DNA of 64,000 nt from Eledone cirrhosa (lineage: Eukaryota). Under the pieces are notes generated by a model, which was not told where the DNA came from, ran no database searches, and saw only the letters and a list, made by a program, of their open reading frames with translations. The position numbers and the translations under genes are program-made. Positions 51,115 to 64,000 of the stretch are shown piece after piece. Location: assembly GCA_964016885.1 (NCBI GenBank), contig OZ024743.1, forward strand, positions 343,170,001-343,234,000, written 5' to 3'. Each line of letters starts with the position of its first letter. Within the stretch, counting starts at the first letter, position 1.

Positions 51115-51302
51115 TAATTGTTTCTACTTTAGGCACAAGGCCAGCAAATTACCCAGTGCATTACTGGTACTTTATTTTATCGACCCCGTAAGGATGAAAG
51201 GCAAAGTCAACCTCGGCGGGATTTGAACTCAGATCATAAAGGGACGTAACTATGCTGGAAAGCATGGCGTCCGACCCTCTACCGATACTGCCAATCCACC
51301 AC
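51115..51302 (-). mobile_element. SINE family 1
   Basis: Homology to other copies. Confidence 0.8.
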
Positions 51303-51324
51303 CCATTATTATCATATAATAAAT

Positions 51325-51574
51325 ATCTATCTATCTCGGGCGGGTAAAATTCTCGAGAACCATGGACGAGTTCTCTCCAGCGATCTCTTTCCTTCATCCT
51401 CGCCGCCATGTCCTGCGTCTCCAAGAGACCTGTGTCTGTCCTTATGGCATCAACATATGTCAACTTCGATCTCCATGTTCTAGTGTGTCCGTGTAGGGGC
51501 TTCCACAGGAGCACTGAGTGCAGTGTCAACTCTGGATATCGGTGAGCATGTCCAGCTAAGCTCAGTCTCCTCAT
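51325..51574 (-). mobile_element. RTE-type LINE 3' end
   Basis: RRLSLAGHAHR..LLWKP..LTYVDAIRTDTG..MKERDRWR with an (ATAG)n tail. Confidence 0.75.
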
Positions 51575-51864
51575 AATAAATATATAAGATTAAATAGAAA
51601 TACATACATAATCAATTAGTTAAACATAAACATATTATGTCAACTATATTTTATAAAAAGAAGTTATACCATCATGGAAATATGAAAAAGAAAAAGAAAA
51701 ACAAAGTTAAGTAATGAAAAAAGGGGGAAGGCGTAAAAAAGGGCAGATATGGCTGTATAAGAAAGTAGAGGAGAGGACTATAAATGTCATAAATGAGAGG
51801 AAAAGAAGGGAAAAAACCAGGACTATTAAGCCTCGGGAGAAATGGGGAAGGGGAGGTGGTGGGC

Positions 51865-52105
51865 TCAAAGCCTAGGGTGTGGCGGTTTCAGCTGCGTCCC
51901 GCGGACAAAACTGCAAAGGCATTTCCGTGGACAATGGCCAGCGACACCTGCTGCAACAGCCACACCCACCTCGCGGGGCTCCTTCCTCAGAAAGGCTATT
52001 GACGTTCCGATTTTACGGAGGTACTCGGCAGTACGGGGTCCGAGTACGCCTGAAGTCTCGACGGCGGCTGGTGTGAAGCGGAAGCGGTCAGACAGCCCCG
52101 TGTAA
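51865..52105 (-). mobile_element. CRE-like 3' fragment
   Basis: Homologous to 16975 and 55630; EPREVGVAVA/QVSLAIVHGNAFAVLS. Confidence 0.65.
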
Positions 52106-52589
52106 GTTGTATTTCTGTCTTGAATAAAACTTAATGTCAGAGCTTATTAAAAAGTACGAAACAGCATAGAAAGCAGATGTTAAATGATGATGTAGAAACT
52201 TTTAGATCATTCTGAACGCAAAAGAACCAAACTCCTACTGTCACTGCCTCTGTCACTCCAGTTCTCCCTATCTCTCACTATTGTGAGCAAATGGGGGCCA
52301 CGCGATGGCCGCTCCGCGGTCTCAGCGGACTGTAATTAGATTGTTTTTCGACTCCAAAACATCGAACTAGATATTAATATCTACATTAACCCTATACCAC
52401 AACCGCAATATCCTATGGGGTCTGCTTTACCACATGAGACTAAATTATTTTCCGAAAATAAAATAAAATAAGCAGACGACGTTAATTTCTTTCTTTTGTA
52501 TATATTTTTTTCTTTTTTCTTTTTTTCTGTTGACATACAATAGATGCTAGACATCGACCACTCTTTGGTCCTCGTTCTTGGCCCTCGGA

Positions 52590-52730
52590 CCACATCCCTA
52601 TTCACTGCTATCGGAACGGAGTTGGCTGCCCTCAGGTGCGAGCCCCGCGAGGTGGCTAGGCTATTCCAGTACGTCTCCCTTGCCACCCTCCTGGGCAATG
52701 TCTTCTCCGTCCTGTCTACCCGGACCACGA
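52590..52730 (+). mobile_element. CRE-like 3' fragment
   Basis: ELAALRCEPREVARLFQYVSLATLLGNVFSVLS. Confidence 0.65.
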
Positions 52731-52865
52731 GGCAGATGACATATTAGGGTGGCAGTCTTCAGACGAAAGGGTTGATAATGCTGACACATACACACACACA
52801 ACATTATAAAATTAATTGTTTATTTGAATACTTTGAAGAATATAGGGTAAATAAGAGTTAACATA

Positions 52866-53052
52866 TAATTGTTTCTACTTTTGGCACAAGGCCAGCAAAA
52901 TTACCCAGTGTATTACTGGTACTTTATTTTATCGACCCCGTAAGGATGAAAGGCAAAGTTAATCTTGGCGGGATTTGAACTCAGAATGGTAAGGGCCGTA
53001 ACTCTATGCATCAAAGCATGGCGTCCGACCCTCTACCGATACTGCCAATCCC
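52866..53052 (-). mobile_element. SINE family 1
   Basis: Homology to other copies. Confidence 0.8.
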
Positions 53053-53083
53053 CCAGTTAACAAATAATAATTTTAATAGCGTG

Positions 53084-53278
53084 CAGACCTGTCAATTCTC
53101 CCCGTCCGACGGAGAGATCTCCCACCCACGTTGGGGTGGGTGAGAGATGACTTGTCTTGTGAAAATGGGTATAGCTTTCATTATGTAAAATATCCCCATT
53201 TCGCATCATTTCTCCCCGTTTGGGGGCACTTTTTTTCATGGTACTCCCCGTCTGGGTTTTTAGAGGTTGGCAGGTCTG
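53084..53278 (-). mobile_element. Same 196-bp MITE family
   Basis: cagacctgtcaa..ttggcaggtctg; reverse complement of 45986. Confidence 0.8.
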
Positions 53279-53414
53279 TTGTATGATGTCCTTCCATTGA
53301 CGAGAGGTGCACCCCCATTGGAATGGCACAACGCTTCGGCCTCCTCGTGTGTGAGCCACACAGATTCCGTTGAAGAGCAGTGGTCGGTGAGTTCGTTCGG
53401 CACTCGTTATTTTA

Positions 53415-53595
53415 TTGGCAGTATCAGTAGAGGGCCGGACACCATGCTTTCCAGCATAGTTACGTCCCTTTACGATCTGAGTTCAAATCCCGCCGAGGTT
53501 GACTTTGCCTTTCATCCTGACGGGGTCGATAAAATAAAGTACCAGTAATGCACTGGATAATTGCTGGCCTTGTGCCTAAAGTAGAAACAGTTATT
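53415..53595 (+). mobile_element. SINE family 1
   Basis: Homology to other copies. Confidence 0.8.
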
Positions 53596-53599
53596 TTGC

Positions 53600-53990
53600 C
53601 GCCTAAGAGAAGGCCGACTCCCCCTCACACCGCTAATCATCAGAAGGAGCTTCGACGCAGCCAGTTTCCCATAACAATTCGAGCAGGCTGCATTGACCGT
53701 GGTGATAGCATGCGCCCCGACTGATTAACCCTCATCCCTTTTGAAAGTTCCGCTGTCCGCAATGCAGAGGAGAGGAAGATAGTTAAATACCGGGGCTTAA
53801 CCGACCGCTTCTCTTTGTACCCGGTCGAGGTCGATATGTCTGTTCCCCGCACTGCTGATTTCTTCCATTAAGTCCTAAAGACAGCGACCAGATTGAGGAG
53901 GGAGCCTCGTGAGGTGGGGTGGCAGTTTCAGCGGGTGTTTCTGGCCATTCTCTGCAGTAACGCTTTGGCCATTTTGTCCGCAGAGCATGG
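53600..53990 (+). mobile_element. CRE-like endonuclease fragment
   Basis: DRGDSMRPD..AEERKIVKYRGL..EPREVGWQFQRVFLAILCSNALAILS. Confidence 0.65.
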
Positions 53991-54309
53991 CTGAGGCACC
54001 GCTCAGACTGGTATGTAGTTTCTGTCCCTCCACCATCTCCTTTCTTTCATTGCTTGATCTTTTTAATTTTGGTTTTTCTTCTTTCCATTTCCTTCTCTCT
54101 TTTTTTGGTTTTGTTTCTTCCCTTTTTGTTCCCATTAATAGTGCGTTCTGTTGTTATTAGATACTGCTCAATAATTTTTATAAAATGTCAATCGTTTTTC
54201 ATGGCATTGTGAGATTTTGTATATTGAATATGTTTGCTTTTCATTTCAATTATTTGATAATAAAAATAATCTGTATTGTAAATATGTTCACTGTAATTTA
54301 ACTTTACTC

Positions 54310-54384
54310 CTCACAGGAAGTCGGTTGTGTCAAGGTTTGGCGCATGTGCAATACGGTTAGTGGGCGGTAGGCATAATCTTCATC
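54310..54384 (+). promoter_or_regulatory. Putative AP2S1 promoter/5' UTR
   Basis: ETS-like caggaagt (54314), NRF1-like gcgcatgtgca (54340) and GC box gggcgg (54362) just before the start codon. Confidence 0.45.
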
Positions 54385-54387
54385 ATG
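54385..54387 (+). CDS. AP2S1: AP-2 complex subunit sigma, coding exon 1 (ATG only)
   Basis: catcATG|gtgagt with a consensus donor; supplies the Met missing from exon 2 and brings the total to 142 aa. Confidence 0.7.
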
Positions 54388-54644
54388 GTGAGTTTATATA
54401 TTCTCTCATATTAATTGAATTGATTTTATTGAGATATAAATCTATTAATATATAGAAATATATTTATATGTATATGTACACCTTATTTTATATAATCCCC
54501 GCTTTGGTATTAATACTGAATATTGTTATAATATCTATACAGTGTGTTATGTTGTTGTAATTGAGCTTGTCATAGCTACGAATTCATTTAGGAGTGTACA
54601 AGTTCACCTCTGATTTTGCTACTATATATATATATATATATATA

Positions 54645-54699
<55 letters not shown>

Positions 54700-54940
54700 A
54701 TAAATAAACATGCACACACACACACACACATATGTTTCACTGTTAACCATCGTCCACCTCTCTGTATAGCAGAAACTCTGAGTAGCAACGTAGCAAATCA
54801 TGTTGCAAACGAATACATTCACACACACGCACACACATTTATGTGTGTATGTATGTTTTTATATATGTATATCACTTCAAACTTTATAAGTCTACCTTTT
54901 TTATTAACCATATCTATATATACACACACACACACACACA

Positions 54941-55012
54941 CAGTGTCCCAAAAATGTATACACACTTCAATAACATTCTAATTAAAGTGTGTATACATTT
55001 TTGGGGAACATC
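54941..55012. mobile_element. Tiny Tc1/mariner-like MITE (hairpin)
   Basis: cccaaaaatgtatacacactt / aagtgtgtatacatttttggg is a 21-bp perfect inverted repeat; starts CAGTG. Confidence 0.6.
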
Positions 55013-55629
55013 ATATATATATATATATATAATTTCTATGTAAATACGGCCGTATTAGTCGTTCCGTGTTTGCGTGTAAATCGTTGTTTTTATTAACGTG
55101 TCTCGATTAGCGTATCTCAAATGCCTATCTTATAATTAGGGTTTCCTGCTTCTAAATTATATATTTTACACTCTATAAGCTACCCTCATATGCTATAGGC
55201 ATCGTTGACTCGTGGGTCTCGAAACAAGAAAATGAATATATCATATCCGATTCATGGGGTTCATTTCGCATGCTGCGCTCATATATATATATATCAAGTG
55301 TCAAACTAAAATATATTTCCTCATTGTATTGTGTTCTTTGCTTTGTTATTTCCGTTTACCTTTTACACATTATACATATATACACACATACACACAATGT
55401 ATGTGTACACGCCAACGAGGAAACCCTAATTCTAATTTACCTACACTGAACCATAACGTTTATATACGCAATGAATCCAGTGATATTTTTATTTATATAT
55501 TGTCAAGTTAATAAAAAAAAATTTAAATCGTAAACAAATCTATTTTAAATAGCTACAACACTACAGATATTTAAAAACGGAAAATGAAGGGAAGGGCGAG
55601 GGCTCTGGGGTCACAGAAGAATGGGAAGG

Positions 55630-55852
55630 GTAAGAGGGAGTGATGGGCTCTAGGGCGCAGCAGTGTTAGGGCTGCGCCCCACGGATAAGACCGCACAAGC
55701 ATTTCCTCGGACAATGGCCAGCCCACCTCGCGGAGCTCCTTCCTTGGACAGATTGCTGACATTCAAATCTTGTGGAGGAGCTCAGCAGCACGGAGTCCAA
55801 GTACAGCTGAGGTCTCAACGGCAACCAGTGTGAAGAGGAAGCAGCCGGACAA
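55630..55852 (-). mobile_element. CRE-like 3' fragment in AP2S1 intron 1
   Basis: Homologous to 51865-52105. Confidence 0.6.
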
Positions 55853-57759
55853 TCATATATTATTTATTGGTTAATCCATTTTGGTCCATGATTGCCTTTC
55901 ACAGCAATAGATCCTCTAATAGATGGTTTCAGCTGGTGCATTGTTCCGGGCCCAGAGTACTTAGAAAAGGTCTATGATTTATCCAACCCACCCTTCAGAC
56001 CCCTTGAATTTTGAGAGGAGTTCCCCTCCATAACTCCTAGGGGAGGGCTGTATACAGTCTTCTTCTGCCTTACAAAATTTCTCCGAGAACCCACATTTCT
56101 CTTATTAATTAATTAAGAGAGAAGGAACAGTACCCATGATCTTTACAAGCCCACCCTGACTGATCACATCGAGAATTTGTAGGGCAATGGATCTCTGTTA
56201 ATTGCAACAATGGGTGTTCCAGTTATTTGGTCATCAGATCAGGCTAGTCAAATTAACATGTAAGTGGCTGACTATTCTATAGACACATGCACCAAAGCCG
56301 GCCCTTCGAATTACAGATACATGAAACATTTCACTTTGCTGAACATGTGGTTTTCAACTAAAATAGATCTAGAGTCATTGCTTTGAAATTGTATAATCTC
56401 TTTCTTTCCAACATTAACTTATAGTCCAGTTTTCACTGCTACTTCTGTTAACCTATCTCTGCCTTTTTCTGTATATCTTAAACATGCTGGGATTTCAGGC
56501 AACTGTCATCCACAAAGTCTAAATCTTCCAACCTGTTCTGGTGTCTACTACTCTTTCAGTTTACTTAGTTTGGTACATCATCCAGTTAATCAGCATCAAG
56601 AAAATCATTGATAATATTTGACATTTCTACTTCACTCAGAAGGACATTGGAAACAAATCTTGGAAAAGCTAGTCAAGCCATCAACATGAGATGGGGCAGT
56701 AATGCTAATTCCTTCTTTAGTGGGTAAAATGACCTTAAAATGGTTATTATGTTGCTTATGTGTAATATATTTTTGTATACTGTTACATTACAGATGATCT
56801 TGTATATTAGACTCACCCTACCTTTGGACACTTTAAAGAAGTTTCCTTGTCCATTGAACACATTATTTCTGTAAATAATTCATTGGATACATTATCCTGT
56901 CAAATTACACATCAGAACTTTAGGTTCAACCCCTTTAATCATTTTAGAATATTCTAGAACTTTGCAGTCACATGACAGCGGGTTATAAAACTTGATGTAA
57001 ATTTCAAAACTTTGAAGAATGTTCAAAATTTTTCCTGAGTTTATGTCAGTCAGATTCTTATTTTTGCTAATCTTTCTTGGCAAAAAGAGAATTATGCTTT
57101 CACAAAGTATTTATCATTTAGCCTAGCATTCATTAATACAACAAAACACATGCACACGACATTACATTATTTTTATTTTATGTATATTATTTTTTTCTAC
57201 ATAGTAATATTAAATAATGAAAATAATTGTGTACAGTGCTCAGGTGCACTACAATTCTTCAAAGGTGCATTTATAGTACATAGAATAATGTACAAATGTC
57301 AGGAAAGTGAACAGTGTATGAGTCATGATATACATGAATATCAGGTGTAGCGTTGACGAATTTTGGGAAGCATAGAAGTTTTCAAGGATGCAGTGTCCTG
57401 ACAGCTAACAACCAATGCTGCTAGTTTATTCCATACTTCAGCAACTCTGAGCATGAAAAAAATGTTACATTAACCTTATGTAATATTATGTTAACCTTAC
57501 GTGTAAATAATTAAAAAGGTTATAATTTATATGCAGTTTCTCTTTTTTTAGACTTCTGGTTTTCCTTACATTTAAGAGTATTCACTACAATGGTTGGCTA
57601 GACCAGGTCAGCACTTTGCCATCTTGCTCATATATATACACAACTGAGAAGGACCCGTCCAACCCATGCAAACATGGAAAATCTGATTCAGTCAATTCCA
57701 TGATGTTCTAATGTCTCATGTCATGTTGCTTTTTTTTATATTTCTTTTTTGTGTTGCAG

Positions 57760-57909
57760 ATTCGTTTCATTCTAATCCAAAACAGAGCTGGTAAAACCCG
57801 ACTAGCCAAATGGTACATGCACTTTGATGATGATGAAAAACAAAAGCTGATTGAAGAAGTGCATGCTGTAGTTACTGTCAGAGACGCTAAACATACAAAC
57901 TTTGTGGAG
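57760..57909 (+). CDS. AP2S1: AP-2 complex subunit sigma, exon 2
   Basis: ttgcag|[50 protein letters not shown]|gt. Confidence 0.97.
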
Positions 57910-58339
57910 GTATTATCTATATTTAATTCTATTCTTTATTGATTTCCTAATATCAAATACTTCAGGTTTTGTAACTTTTTGATTTTCTAAATCGATACTA
58001 ATAGGAACTAAAAAGGTTAAAGTTAAAATCTTTCTTGAACCTAGAGACTCATCAGCCTGAGAGTGACACATCCTTGGATGTGACACCAGTCCATTGCAAG
58101 TTTAACTCTTCTAGTTCCATATTAACCACATCACTTTTAATAACATACAAAATTTGCTGTTTCACACAGCCCTGCTTCGCCAATAGACTAGTTATTTCTA
58201 CTAACATTATAACTGAAAATTACTCTTTTATGACCTAATCATCAACTTATGTTTTCACAACCTCTCCCTAATTTCTCTCTACCCAAAGCCCAACACTTCA
58301 ATGTATATGTATCATGTATGTATATTACATGTGGACACA

Positions 58340-58680
58340 GCATTAATGAATGGTTAAGAGGTCCGCTTTGCAGTCATTAGGTCCTGAGTTCGATCCCACA
58401 GTGTGGCATCTTGTGCAAGTGTCATTTACCATGAACTAACCCATGTCTTGCGAGTGAAATTAGGTAGACAGAAACTGTTTGAAGGACCTTTGAATGGGCT
58501 GTACCTGTAATTCAAAAGGGCCAACCTTGTCACACGCTGTCATGCTGGATCTCACAGAGAATTACTTTAAGGGTTCACATTACTGTGGAATGCTCAGCCA
58601 CTTGCACGTTAATTTCATGAACAGGCTGTTCCATTGATTGGATAACTGGAACACTCATCATCAAAGCTGACGGAAGGCCA
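58340..58680 (+). mobile_element. tRNA-derived SINE (family 2-related) in intron 2
   Basis: B box gttcgatcc; tail matches 26260-26440. Confidence 0.7.
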
Positions 58681-59654
58681 TCAATATTAATATATATATA
58701 TATGAACCCGTAATTTGAGCATTTTGTTTAAACCTGGCAAAGCCCATCCCTTCTCTACTGCCTATGGCTAATTTCTTTCACAGTAAGGAAAGTGTGATAC
58801 AGAGGAAGTGAGAAAGAGATTTTGAGGAAGAATCAACCCCAGTACTGGACTGGACTGGTATTTTTTTTTTATCAATCTCAAGAACGAAAGGCAAAGTTGA
58901 CTTCTCAGAGTTCAGAGAAGAGGAACGAATACTGTAAAGCATTCTATCCGATGTTCCCACGATTTGCTGTTTTATATATATAAAAAAACGCGACAGTTAC
59001 CTCCCTTGTATCCAAAATCCAGGGCTTTCTGTTAGAGGAACCTCACTTTGGCCATGTGAGGCCGAAGTATTGGGTCAGATCATCGTGCCATCTGGCTTTT
59101 GGCTGCCTTCTGGTTCTTCTCCTCTGCCTCGATGTCCACTTTGTCTCTCCCATGTATAGTCCTAATTTCATATGGTTGTAAATCAAACTTCTTAATCATA
59201 CAATCATGCCTAAATTTTGGTCTCACATATATAATATAAAAAGTTGACTGGCTTCCTTTCAACTAGATTAGCTTTTTTACCATTGTTTCTCAGGAAAATA
59301 ACTCATATCATCATCATCTTGCATCTGCTTATCATGCTGGTATGGGTTGGATGAGTTGCCAGTCTCAGACCAGATGAGTCAGATTGATCCAACTTGATTT
59401 GGCACAGTTTCTATGAATGGATGCCCTTCCTTATACCAGCCACCTTACAGCATGTATTCGATATATTTCTTTCGTGTTACCACCACTAACATTTTACAAG
59501 GAGAATTGGGTGCATTTTATCGTGGCACTAGCACTAAGAGATTGTCACTCATTCAGGCAAAATCTCAAAATCTATATTATCTCCATTTGATCACCAACAC
59601 TGTAGCCACCAGTCATTCATGTATTATTTATTTTTCTTATCTCTCATTTCATAG

Positions 59655-59828
59655 TTTCGAAACTTCAAAATTGTGTACCGCCGCTATGCAGGCTTGTACT
59701 TTTGTATATGTGTTGACGTGAGCGACAACAATCTCGTATACCTAGAGGCGATCCATAACTTTGTAGAAGTTTTGAATGAATACTTCCACAATGTTTGTGA
59801 ACTGGATCTTGTGTTCAATTTTTACAAG
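59655..59828 (+). CDS. AP2S1: AP-2 complex subunit sigma, exon 3
   Basis: catag|[58 protein letters not shown]|gtaatg. Confidence 0.97.
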
Positions 59829-60771
59829 GTAATGTTTTACTTTTTTTTTTTTTTTTTTATTAAGCTTTTTGATACCAAATTGCCTAAAACTATTCCTAGT
59901 TCTATGGTACTAAGCATTTTATTATAAAGTGTTTATATTTATCTACAAACCTCTTGTAATTTCATGTAAGAACTTTTGTTATTTTCCAAGTGATTTGCAT
60001 TAGAAATATAACAAAAGGTTACTCCTTTAACAATTATTGTTTGTTTACCATTAACACTGGTGTTTCATATTAACATTGGAAGAAAATTGTTGTTGGGAGG
60101 TCTGTCAATGGCAATTACTAGTTTTTACTTAGTTATCCAGCATATTCTTCTATTTACAAAATCACAAATGAAGTTTAAGAAAGATTTGGTTGCTATTTCT
60201 AGCAAGTCAAGTGACTATTTAGAAAGTTCCTTGTTGGCTAGCAAAAAAGCAACTTTGCAGTCACTGTTATATTCAAACACAGTTCACCTTAGCTGCTTCC
60301 ATTGTGGCCACCACCAGAATCTATAAACAGGACAGTGGAGAGAGTAGAATGCCTTGACTGCATCAGTTAACCATTGCATGTTAGTATGTGCTTAACCAGA
60401 TGGAAGTTTGTCATATTTGGAACTGGGAATTGCACCTAGTTATTCAGCTGATCCTGTGTTATGTTTACTTAATCAGGGCTGACATGTAAATAACTCAAAA
60501 TTATAAAATTTGCTTTACTGTTTTTCCAGTGATTTTCAAATGACTGTTTGAAGAATTAGAAATTAGGATATTGATATTTTTTATCAATGTTGAAAAAATG
60601 GGGTGTGTGTATGTATCAGTATGTATATATATATATATATATATCACCGTTTTACATCCATTTTTCCATGCTTGCATGGGTCAGATGTGTTGTCTGCTTC
60701 GAGAGACATGTCTGGCCAGGATTCGCCATGTCATACCTTGCTCTGATGGGACTGTAAATTTGGCCGGGGTT

Positions 60772-60808
<37 letters not shown>

Positions 60809-61151
60809 CGTTCTGATCTAGAGATCTTAGTAGCCCACAAAAGATAAACTCAATATTTATAGTTGAGTAATTATATAGGTTGATATATTCATTTCCTTAC
60901 AACATAGCTATGATGTTTCAACAAATCAAGTGTTCACTAAGCTTTATCAGAGAACCCTAGCAAACACTGACTCTGCTAAAACATCATAGCTATGTTATAA
61001 GAATCTAAATAAATATATTTTCTCTGCTAGCAAGGGTTATATTTATGTATATATATATATTGTGGCAAAAAGAGAGTGAGCTAGAACAGAGGATATCATT
61101 GTAATAATTTGATTTGTTTTCTTTCTTTTTTCTTTTTCATGTATTTTGTAG

Positions 61152-61253
61152 GTTTACAGTGTTGTTGATGAAATGTTCACTGCTGGAGAAATTCGTGAGA
61201 CCAGTCAAACGAAGGTTCTTAAACAACTTCTGATGCTCTCTTCTTTGGAGTGA
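61152..61253 (+). CDS. AP2S1: AP-2 complex subunit sigma, exon 4 (stop)
   Basis: tgtag|VYSVVDEMFTAGEIRETSQTKVLKQLLMLSSLE*. Confidence 0.97.
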   Translation, partial: VYSVVDEMFTAGEIRETSQTKVLKQLLMLSSLE

Positions 61254-62372
61254 AATGTTTTGTCTGTTAAAATTAATGTTCTGCCACAGGGGTTGTGCAA
61301 GTTAGAGAAACATTTGTTTTGAAAAGATAGAGATTTCCTAAACATCTCATTTGAAGTCAGTATTATTATTGAACTTTCTGGACCAACTATGACACCTAAG
61401 AATTTCTAAGTAGACCATATTTTTAATTATTTTTTTTTAATTTTTAATATTAATTTAAATACAGTAAATTTTATATATAAATGGAATCTCTTTAAACTTT
61501 GTATCCTAAACTTGGCTGAAATAATTCAATCATTGAAATTTAGTTGTTTTTTTTTTAACCAATGGTTATTGACCATATATGGAATTATGTTAGTTATACT
61601 TGACATTTGTTTGGTTTAAATTCAGCCTACATGTATCTACTGGCAGGCTTGAAAACTAATTAGTAAATTATTCATCTGTATTAACTATCCACAACATTAA
61701 TGAAGTGGCATATTGTAATTCTTAGATGAATCTAAAGATGGTGAAGTGGCAGATGTGGAAGAATAGAGGACTAAATGCCTTAATGCATTTAGTTTCATTT
61801 CACTAAGTTCAAATCCTGCTGAGGTCTGCTTAGTCTCATCTTCCAGCTCAATAAAATAAATACCAGGCATATGCTAAGATCAACTATAATCAAATATGTT
61901 AATGTATGTAATCATTTTGAAGTGGATTTAATGTTTAGGAAACAAAACAGACCTTGAAATTAGTACAGGTGTAGATTGTGTTTAATGATGGCAGACTAGG
62001 TAGTTTATTAATGGAAAATATGCCTATTCATGTCATCATTTGAAACAGTTGAACATTTGTAAAACTAATGCAGCAATGTTTAGCTGGATAAATATACATA
62101 CATTACTAAGTTACCTCCCCCGGCACGCATACATGGAGGAGATAGAAAAACGTTTGGAGAGTTCCATGGGGGAATTGTAGTATATACATAATAAATTCTT
62201 ATCTGTGCATACAGTGCAGGTTATATATATATATAGTAAAAATGGTGTTGATGATGATATTAAGGTAATTGTAACTATCATTCCTCACACTGACTCTCAC
62301 TAGAAATCATCATATACTCTACACATGCATTAAGTCCTCACTTCTAAAGTTGACCATAGTTATATATGCATG

Positions 62373-62403
<31 letters not shown>

Positions 62404-62815
62404 TATGTGTGTATATATATATGTATGTATATGTGTGTGTATGTATAACGAGAGAATCAACAGGAAGAAAAAGTAAAAGAGCATTCTATATGAAAAAAGG
62501 AGTTAAGTTATTTATTATGAATCGTACATGTGAAACATTTATAAAGCTACCTTAGGTTTCAAAGCTAGTCTCAGGATGCATTTGCAGGCTCTAAATACCT
62601 GTTTGTCTTCGGACAGACTCCACACGTGAATAATAGCAGGCATTCACGGTCTGAAACCTAAATTAGCATTATGGTTCAAGTGTATGTTTCATAATATATG
62701 TGTGTGTGTATAAAGGGGGTTGTAATTGCTAACTAGGTTGTTTCAAAATATAAAGTACTCTATCTATCATGACAAAATGTATGGATGGAAGTGTTAAGAC
62801 TAATTACTATATAAA

Positions 62816-63084
62816 TATATAATGTGGAAAGTTATATATGATATAAGGCTAAACAATGCAAAATGTACAGTAAGATAAAAGCAACAAAAAAGTTAGTTAC
62901 CTGGTAATCTTTGTTTTGTTTTTGTTTTTTTTTCTGTTATTTCTTTTGAAAGAAATAACAAAATAAAAAAAACAGAGCTTACCAGATAACTAACTTTTCC
63001 ATTGCCTTAATCTTATTTTGCATTGTTCATTTTCATTTTGCATTGTTTAACCTTCTTACATATATCACTTTCCACATTATATAT
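62816..63084. repeat. Imperfect fold-back of about 270 bp (old MITE)
   Basis: tataatgtggaaagt / actttccacattata, aagttagtta / taactaactt and tgttatttctt / aagaaataaca are nested inverted arms. Confidence 0.75.
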
Positions 63085-63620
63085 ATATTACAAGTGTTTC
63101 TATTTGACTTTAAAGAAATTTCTTTAAATCTTTTACTGATGCAATAGTGATGATGAATTATTAACACTAGATCATTATTCTTGAACAACCTATGATCTAA
63201 TCTATTGAAGTCATTGGAAATGAAGTGATCATCAATGTTAATTAAATTGCCATATTATTCACTGAAGATGAGAGTATAGGATTACAATTTCAACATTTAA
63301 TATAGCTTAGGCATAAGTTTCTTGTCATTTAACATTGAACTGTAAACTGCTACTTCACTTAAATCATTCACCTGAGAGCAACATAAAGAACTTAATTTAC
63401 CTTTTTTTTTAATACTGGACACCAGCTGTAGAATCAATGTAAAATTTGAAAATTTTACTAAGAAAGGAAATTAATAAAAAGAACAAAAAAATTAAATGTT
63501 TATTGCCAAATTGAAATCTAGAATGTTCTGTTTGGTTAAAATTGTGTCACATGTACAGTGACTGGTTGGTTGCATTTATTTCTTGTAATCATTGTTAAAA
63601 GCTCATTATATAAATGAGTA

Positions 63621-63651
<31 letters not shown>

Positions 63652-64000
63652 TATAAATATATATATAAAGAGATAGAGAAATTAATGTTTATTTCCTTTG
63701 TTTTATTTTTAATTGTGCATATAAAATCTGTGTAATGTTCCTATATTAAATATTGTTAAGATGCTTAAAGAATATATCATAATGGTCGTTTTCAGTGACA
63801 TTCCAAAGACAAATTTGATACAACTCCTCACAATCTTTGTGGTTCATTTTGTTTTTTGGGGACGTGGATTCAGTCTTATTTTTGTCAAGATTTACAGAAA
63901 CTCTTAGTTTGTTGTTATTACCACAGTAAGAATATTACAAAATCAATTAAATAAATGTTTTTCCTGAGTGAATGAGAGAGAATGAGAAAGAAAGAGAAAT

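Noticed and set aside
57718-57759. ORF-track N-terminus [14 protein letters not shown] as the AP2S1 start
   Set aside because: It is the intron's polypyrimidine tract and ttgcag acceptor; AP2S1 starts MIRF.

Overview
AT-rich, microsatellite-dense animal DNA. A coleoid cephalopod such as octopus is my guess from the repeat style only. One intact host gene is present: AP2S1 (AP-2 sigma subunit, 4 coding exons, 142 aa, + strand, 54385-61253). The rest is mostly transposon sequence: Penelope-like elements (PLEs) with inverted pseudo-LTRs and many type I hammerhead motifs, RTE and CRE LINE fragments, tRNA-derived SINEs, hAT remnants and MITEs, and non-autonomous Helitron-type elements. Four observations stand out. 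(1) At least three R4/Dong-clade restriction-like-endonuclease retrotransposon families insert into (CATA)n microsatellites, two of them in a fixed phase, and those arrays are also the tails and insertion sites of RTE LINEs and their short derivatives in the opposite orientation. (2) A young 2.1-kb non-coding LTR element has identical 368-bp LTRs and a 32-nt tRNA-Trp primer-binding site with a mismatch exactly at tRNA position 58 (m1A). (3) A full hammerhead fold with a non-canonical CUGAGAA core sits in both pseudo-LTRs of one PLE. (4) A candidate HDV-like ribozyme lies at the 5' end of the RTE derivatives. Everything was read by eye; repeat boundaries are approximate unless junction bases are quoted.
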